In this document: piece after piece, positions 60,228 through 64,000 of the stretch
Layout: every line of letters begins with the position of its first letter
How positions within the stretch are numbered: the stretch's first letter is position 1
Assembly: GCA_009773495.1 (NCBI GenBank)
Contig: WSXW01000008.1
Coordinates: 64,050 to 128,049 of the forward strand
DNA: 64,000 nucleotides
Reading direction: 5' to 3'
Source: Bacillota bacterium
Lineage (GTDB): Bacteria; Bacillota; UBA994
The notes under the pieces: generated by a model
Told to the model about the DNA's origin: nothing
Seen by the model: the letters and a program-made list of their open reading frames with translations, nothing else
Database searches by the model: none
Position numbers and translations under genes: made by a program

Positions 60228-61163
60228 ATGTCCCTTCATTCTTTATGGCAGTGGGGTACTGCGGAGCTTGCAGCTGCGGGCCTTGAGGACTCCCGGTGGC
60301 AAGCAGAGCTACTCCTGCGGGGTATTGTCGAGGTGACTCGGGCTAAGTTTATGACCTACCCGGAGTTACAAGTAACGCATCTCGACACTGAGCGCTTTCG
60401 GGACGCAATCCGTAGGCGCTCTTTAGGTATGCCCGTGCAGTATATCCTTGGCAAGCAGGAGTTTTATGGGCGGGAGTTTATAGTGACCCCCGATGTATTA
60501 ATCCCCAGACCTGAGACGGAGGTGCTGGTGGAGGAAGTGTTGAGTAAGATGTTGCCTTTGTGTAGGGGCACGACACTGTCGTGCCCCTACACAAAGGCAA
60601 GCGGTTCTCAGTTTCCAGATCGCTTACGCCTCCTCGACCTGTGCACAGGTTCTGGTTGCATCGGTCTAACCCTGGCTGCAGAACTACCGCAGGCTAGGGT
60701 GGTGGCGACGGATATTTCGCTGCAGGCGTTAGGGGTAGCTAAACAGAATGCACATAAAGTAGGTGTGGCCAACCGGGTGGAGTTTAAGCAAGGGGACTTG
60801 TGCTCTGCTCTACAAGGTGACATTTTTGATGTTATAGTCTCTAATCCGCCGTATATCGAAACGGCTGCTATACCTACACTAAGTAGGGATGTCCAGAATG
60901 AACCTATTGGAGCCTTAGACGGCGGGGCAGATGGGTTAGAGTTTTATAGGCGTATTGCAGATGGGCTCGGGCAACACCTGGCCCCTGGGGGTCTCGTGGC
61001 GGTAGAAATCGGCCACGGACAGGGCCAAGATGTAATGCAGTTATTCGCCCAGGCTGGGCTTATCGACATAACCCTAATCCTCGACCTAGCAGGCAAAGAA
61101 CGCGTCGTGATGGGGAAAATGCCGAAGGCAGAAGGAGCTTGTACTTTCCCCGTATCAGTGTAA
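60228..61163 (+). CDS. prmC: release factor glutamine N5-methyltransferase PrmC/HemK, with in-frame palindromic-element insertion in the inter-domain linker
   Basis: NPPY motif (VSNPPYIE) and SAM motif LDLCTGSGCIG. The linker is about 17 aa longer than in typical orthologs. Confidence 0.85.
   Translation: MSLHSLWQWGTAELAAAGLEDSRWQAELLLRGIVEVTRAKFMTYPELQVTHLDTERFRDAIRRRSLGMPVQYILGKQEFYGREFIVTPDVLIPRPETEVLVEEVLSKMLPLCRGTTLSCPYTKASGSQFPDRLRLLDLCTGSGCIGLTLAAELPQARVVATDISLQALGVAKQNAHKVGVANRVEFKQGDLCSALQGDIFDVIVSNPPYIETAAIPTLSRDVQNEPIGALDGGADGLEFYRRIADGLGQHLAPGGLVAVEIGHGQGQDVMQLFAQAGLIDITLILDLAGKERVVMGKMPKAEGACTFPVSV
60555..60597 (+). repeat. perfect 43-bp palindrome (two 21-nt arms around a central C) of the TGTAGGGGCAC...GTGCCCCTACA family, in-frame inside prmC
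   Basis: cctttgtgtaggggcacgaca-c-tgtcgtgcccctacacaaagg encodes ...LPLCRGTTLSCPYTKA... Related copies occur at 48544-48700. Confidence 0.8.
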
Positions 61164-61364
61164 ATCAGCTTTAAATCAGGTCTCGTTCAGTGGTACCGTT
61201 TCCCTCCCTCGTCCTCCCGGATGCCCGCTAATTTTCCCCTACATTTTCCCCCCAATATACGTTGACATATTAGACCGGTGGGCGTACAATTAACCCGAGG
61301 AAAATACTCGGCTTTTTTATAATCTTAATACTGAGTAATTTAGTCGGATATAAGGGGGTATTTT

Positions 61365-61781
61365 ATGAGACTTTCAACAAAAGGCCAATACGCGGTCCGA
61401 GCTATGGTTGTGGTAGCATTACACGACAGCACGGGTCCGGTGCCGTTACGCTATATAGCTGAGATCGAGGACATCTCAGAACAGTACTTAGAACAGATTT
61501 TTATGGATTTGCGCAAAGATGATTTGGTTACCGGTCTGAGAGGTGCGCGGGGGGGCTACGTTCTGAATAGGCCTGCTGAGGAGATCACTTCTGGTGACAT
61601 TGTCCGTGCTGTAGAGGGTCCGATTGTACTAGTCGATTGCGACCATGATGGCGCCTGTCAAAGGGCCCATGTGTGCGCTACTAGGGCGCTGTGGGCGAGG
61701 GTATCCGAGAGTATGAGTCAAGTGTTAGATGGAACTACCTTGGCTGATTTAGCTAATTGGGCTCGAGAGAAGAGCCGCTAA
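61365..61781 (+). CDS. Rrf2-family transcriptional regulator (IscR/CymR-like, Cys-cluster ligands present)
   Basis: MRLSTKGQYAVRAMV with a winged-helix and a C-terminal CDHDGACQRAHVC cysteine set. Confidence 0.8.
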   Translation: MRLSTKGQYAVRAMVVVALHDSTGPVPLRYIAEIEDISEQYLEQIFMDLRKDDLVTGLRGARGGYVLNRPAEEITSGDIVRAVEGPIVLVDCDHDGACQRAHVCATRALWARVSESMSQVLDGTTLADLANWAREKSR

Positions 61782-61796
61782 AGGAGGTTGATTTTA

Positions 61797-62978
61797 ATGC
61801 GTAGGATTTATTTAGATCACGCAGCTACTACCCCGGTTAACCCCGAAGTAATTGCTGCCATGCTGCCATACTTTCATAATAACTTTGGCAACCCCTCTAG
61901 TGTTCATGGTTTTGGTCGCGAAGCCCGCAAGGCTGTAGATGAGGCCCGCGAAAAAGTAGCCAAGGCCATAGGGGCTGACGTGCGGGAGATAGTGTTTACC
62001 TCTGGGGGTACAGAAGCTGATAATCTTGCTATTCAAGGAATAGTGCTGGCTAAGCAAGACAAAGGTAAGCACATCGTTACCAGTGCCATTGAGCATCATG
62101 CTGTCATTGATACCTGTGGGTTTTTAGGGACCCAGGGGTTTGAAGTTACTTATCTACCGGTGGATGAGTACGGCCTAGTTACACCAGCGGACGTTCTAGC
62201 TGCCATCCGTCCGGACACCATTCTTATAACTATAATGCATGCGAACAACGAGATGGGCACGGTTCAGCCTATTGCGGAGATTGGTAAGATCGCTAGAGCC
62301 CATGGTATTACTTTTCATACCGATGCAGTACAGTCCATCGGGAGTATCCCAGTTGATGTCAATGAGCTTAACGTCGATTTGCTATCACTCTCGGCTCATA
62401 AATTTTATGGTCCTAAGGGTATCGGCGTCCTGTATATACGCAAGGGCACTAAAATTAAACCCGTAACTCACGGGGGCGGCCAGGAGAGAAAGTATAGGCC
62501 GGGTACCGAAAACCATGCTAGCATCGTCGGTCTGGGTAAGGCCATTGAGCTAGCCACGACCAACTTGGTAGAGAAGCAAAGCAAAATCCGGATGCTGCGC
62601 CATAGACTGATAGCCGGACTGCTTGCTATACCTGAGGTTAAGCTAAACGGGCATCCGGAGCAGCGCTTGTCCGGCAATGTTAACGTCAGCATTCGCTATG
62701 TAGAAGGGGAGTCTCTGATTCTTAGCCTGGACATGAAGGGTGTAGCCGTCTCTAGCGGATCGGCCTGCACATCGGGATCGCTCGATCCCTCTCATGTACT
62801 GTTAGCAATGGGGCTCAGTCATGAGGAAGCCCATGGCAGCCTGAGGTTAACTCTAGGACATGACAATACAGAAGAAGAAGTTGATTACGTGTTGAGCGTA
62901 TTGCCGGAGATAATAGAGCGGCTGAGAAAAATGTCACCGCTGTACAGCCAGAGGTACAGTATCCCCGTCAGGACATAA
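61797..62978 (+). CDS. nifS: cysteine desulfurase (NifS/IscS class V aminotransferase)
   Basis: MRRIYLDHAATT with a PLP-Lys context (SLSAHKFYGPKG) and active-site Cys (SSGSAC). RBS aaaggagg. The ORF track starts 9 nt earlier. Confidence 0.85.
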   Translation: MRRIYLDHAATTPVNPEVIAAMLPYFHNNFGNPSSVHGFGREARKAVDEAREKVAKAIGADVREIVFTSGGTEADNLAIQGIVLAKQDKGKHIVTSAIEHHAVIDTCGFLGTQGFEVTYLPVDEYGLVTPADVLAAIRPDTILITIMHANNEMGTVQPIAEIGKIARAHGITFHTDAVQSIGSIPVDVNELNVDLLSLSAHKFYGPKGIGVLYIRKGTKIKPVTHGGGQERKYRPGTENHASIVGLGKAIELATTNLVEKQSKIRMLRHRLIAGLLAIPEVKLNGHPEQRLSGNVNVSIRYVEGESLILSLDMKGVAVSSGSACTSGSLDPSHVLLAMGLSHEEAHGSLRLTLGHDNTEEEVDYVLSVLPEIIERLRKMSPLYSQRYSIPVRT

Positions 62979-63016
62979 CAGCGGAGAGCGGAAAGTGCTA
63001 AAAGGAGGACTTAATA

Positions 63017-63406
63017 ATGAGTGTATATAACGAGAAGGTTTTGGAGCATTTTCAGAACCCCCGCAACGTAGGCACGATGGAAAATGCCGACGGGGTGGGC
63101 GAAGTAGGTAACATTAACTGCGGTGATATTATGCGCATCTATATTAAGGTAGATGGTGACGAGCGCATTACGGATATTAAGTTCCAGACCTTTGGGTGTG
63201 GAGCGGCAGTCGCTACTAGTAGCATGGTTACGGAGTTAGCCATAGGTAAGACGGTTGATGAGGCTTTAATCATGAACAACAAAGATGTAGCTGAGTCCTT
63301 GGGTGGGCTTCCGCCTATCAAAATGCACTGTAGCAACTTAGCTGCAGATGCTCTCCACGCTGCAGTAAAGAATTATCGGGAGAAAAGGGCATTACATCAA
63401 CGGTAG
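63017..63406 (+). CDS. nifU: Fe-S cluster assembly scaffold protein NifU/IscU
   Basis: 129 aa with GCGDIMRIY, FQTFGCGAA and MHCSNLA conserved Cys motifs. RBS aaaggagg. Confidence 0.85.
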   Translation: MSVYNEKVLEHFQNPRNVGTMENADGVGEVGNINCGDIMRIYIKVDGDERITDIKFQTFGCGAAVATSSMVTELAIGKTVDEALIMNNKDVAESLGGLPPIKMHCSNLAADALHAAVKNYREKRALHQR

Positions 63407-64000
63407 TACACTAGCTTCCCTAATGTTCTTCAATCCTAACAACTGCATGGTAAGCCTCTCGGCGCCGATGGCGAAACCGCCATGTGGTGGCATGCCGTAT
63501 CTAAACACCTGTAGGTAGAATTCATATTTCTCTGGGGTCAGGCCTCGCTCGCGCATACTATCGAGCAACAAATTTAGCTGGTGCTGTCTGAGCCCGCCTG
63601 TGGTAATCTCTTGGCCCCGGAATATTAGGTCAAATGACTCCGTTAGGCCTGCGTTTTTAACCCCAGGCAAGGCATAAAAGGGGCGAATATGCCGGGGGTA
63701 GCTATGCAAGAAGGCCGCCGGCACGCCATGCTCCCGCTCTGCCCACTGACAGATAAGCCGCTCTCCCTCAGGGTCGATGTTGCCGTCCTCGCTGACTTTA
63801 CCATGCTCCCTATGTATTATTCCTAGGGCTTCACCTAGGGGGAGACGCGGAATTGTAGGTAGCTCTGGCGCTATTGTTATTGTACTAAAGCGCTCATGGA
63901 GATCTTGGAGAAGTGAACGCAGAAAGCTTTCTTCTAGGTCCATGAGGACGTTAACATCCTCTACAAAGCCCATTTCGATGTCTAGGCTAATAAATTCGTT
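63392..64000 (-). CDS. class II aminoacyl-tRNA synthetase catalytic-core protein of the Asp/Asn type (archaeal-type AspRS or AsnA-like paralog), 3' part only (N-terminus beyond window end)
   Basis: Motif 3 region YGMPPHGGFAIGAERLTMQLLGLKNIRE. Overlaps the nifU 3' end by 15 nt on the opposite strand. Confidence 0.55.
   Translation of the reverse strand, partial: NEFISLDIEMGFVEDVNVLMDLEESFLRSLLQDLHERFSTITIAPELPTIPRLPLGEALGIIHREHGKVSEDGNIDPEGERLICQWAEREHGVPAAFLHSYPRHIRPFYALPGVKNAGLTESFDLIFRGQEITTGGLRQHQLNLLLDSMRERGLTPEKYEFYLQVFRYGMPPHGGFAIGAERLTMQLLGLKNIREASVLPLM

Overview
The window is a 64 kb chromosomal segment of about 50% GC, apparently from a spore-forming Firmicute (inferred from the CgeB-like, LysM/M23, DUF1385-prfA-prmC and Cu-amine-oxidase-N-domain surface-protein contexts). 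In order it contains: (1) the tail of a sugar ABC transporter (SBP 3' part plus two permeases); (2) a low-GC junk region with AAA/DUF4143 ATPase fragments in both orientations and a degraded partial duplicate of the permease gene; (3) a complete minus-strand folate operon folE-folP-folB-folK-pabA-pabB-pabC; (4) a roughly 30 kb, compositionally mosaic surface-glycan locus. The glycan locus holds a Wzz-like gene, a PglC-like initiating transferase, CDP-3,6-dideoxyhexose genes rfbF/rfbG/E1-dehydrase/AscE-like/AscF-like, GT2 and GT4 genes, a Wzy-like gene, gmd/manC, a CapD-like dehydratase, and a large O-antigen-ligase-like/TPR protein directly upstream of a 1275-aa Thr-rich secreted surface protein. 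It is scarred by a DegT remnant, a GT2 N-terminal remnant, an internally deleted IS1595-family element, and an AT-rich island carrying an MFS transporter, an orphan AbiEi-like gene and a HepT fragment. (5) kal-kce, an S8 protease, atoDA-like CoA transferase, tal and glpX follow; the kal|kce and tal|glpX spacers each carry a pseudogenised four-helix-bundle (Avd/23S-IVS-protein family) gene bounded by 22-24 bp inverted repeats. (6) Next come a secreted coiled-coil protein, an array of palindromic repeats, an OmpR/HK two-component system, a CgeB-like GT, a LysM-M23 peptidase, a radical SAM protein, a full-length DUF4143 ATPase, a DAACS symporter, and rpmE-DUF1385-prfA-prmC. prmC carries an in-frame 43-bp palindrome of the same repeat family. 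(7) The window ends with rrf2-nifS-nifU and the 3' end of an Asp/Asn-type class II aaRS-like gene. Most noteworthy: the IVS-like Avd-family cassettes inside operons, the palindromic element inserted in-frame in prmC, an E1 dehydrase with the exact C-X57-C-X1-C-X7-C motif but no E3 partner, and a candidate surface-protein O-glycosylation module.
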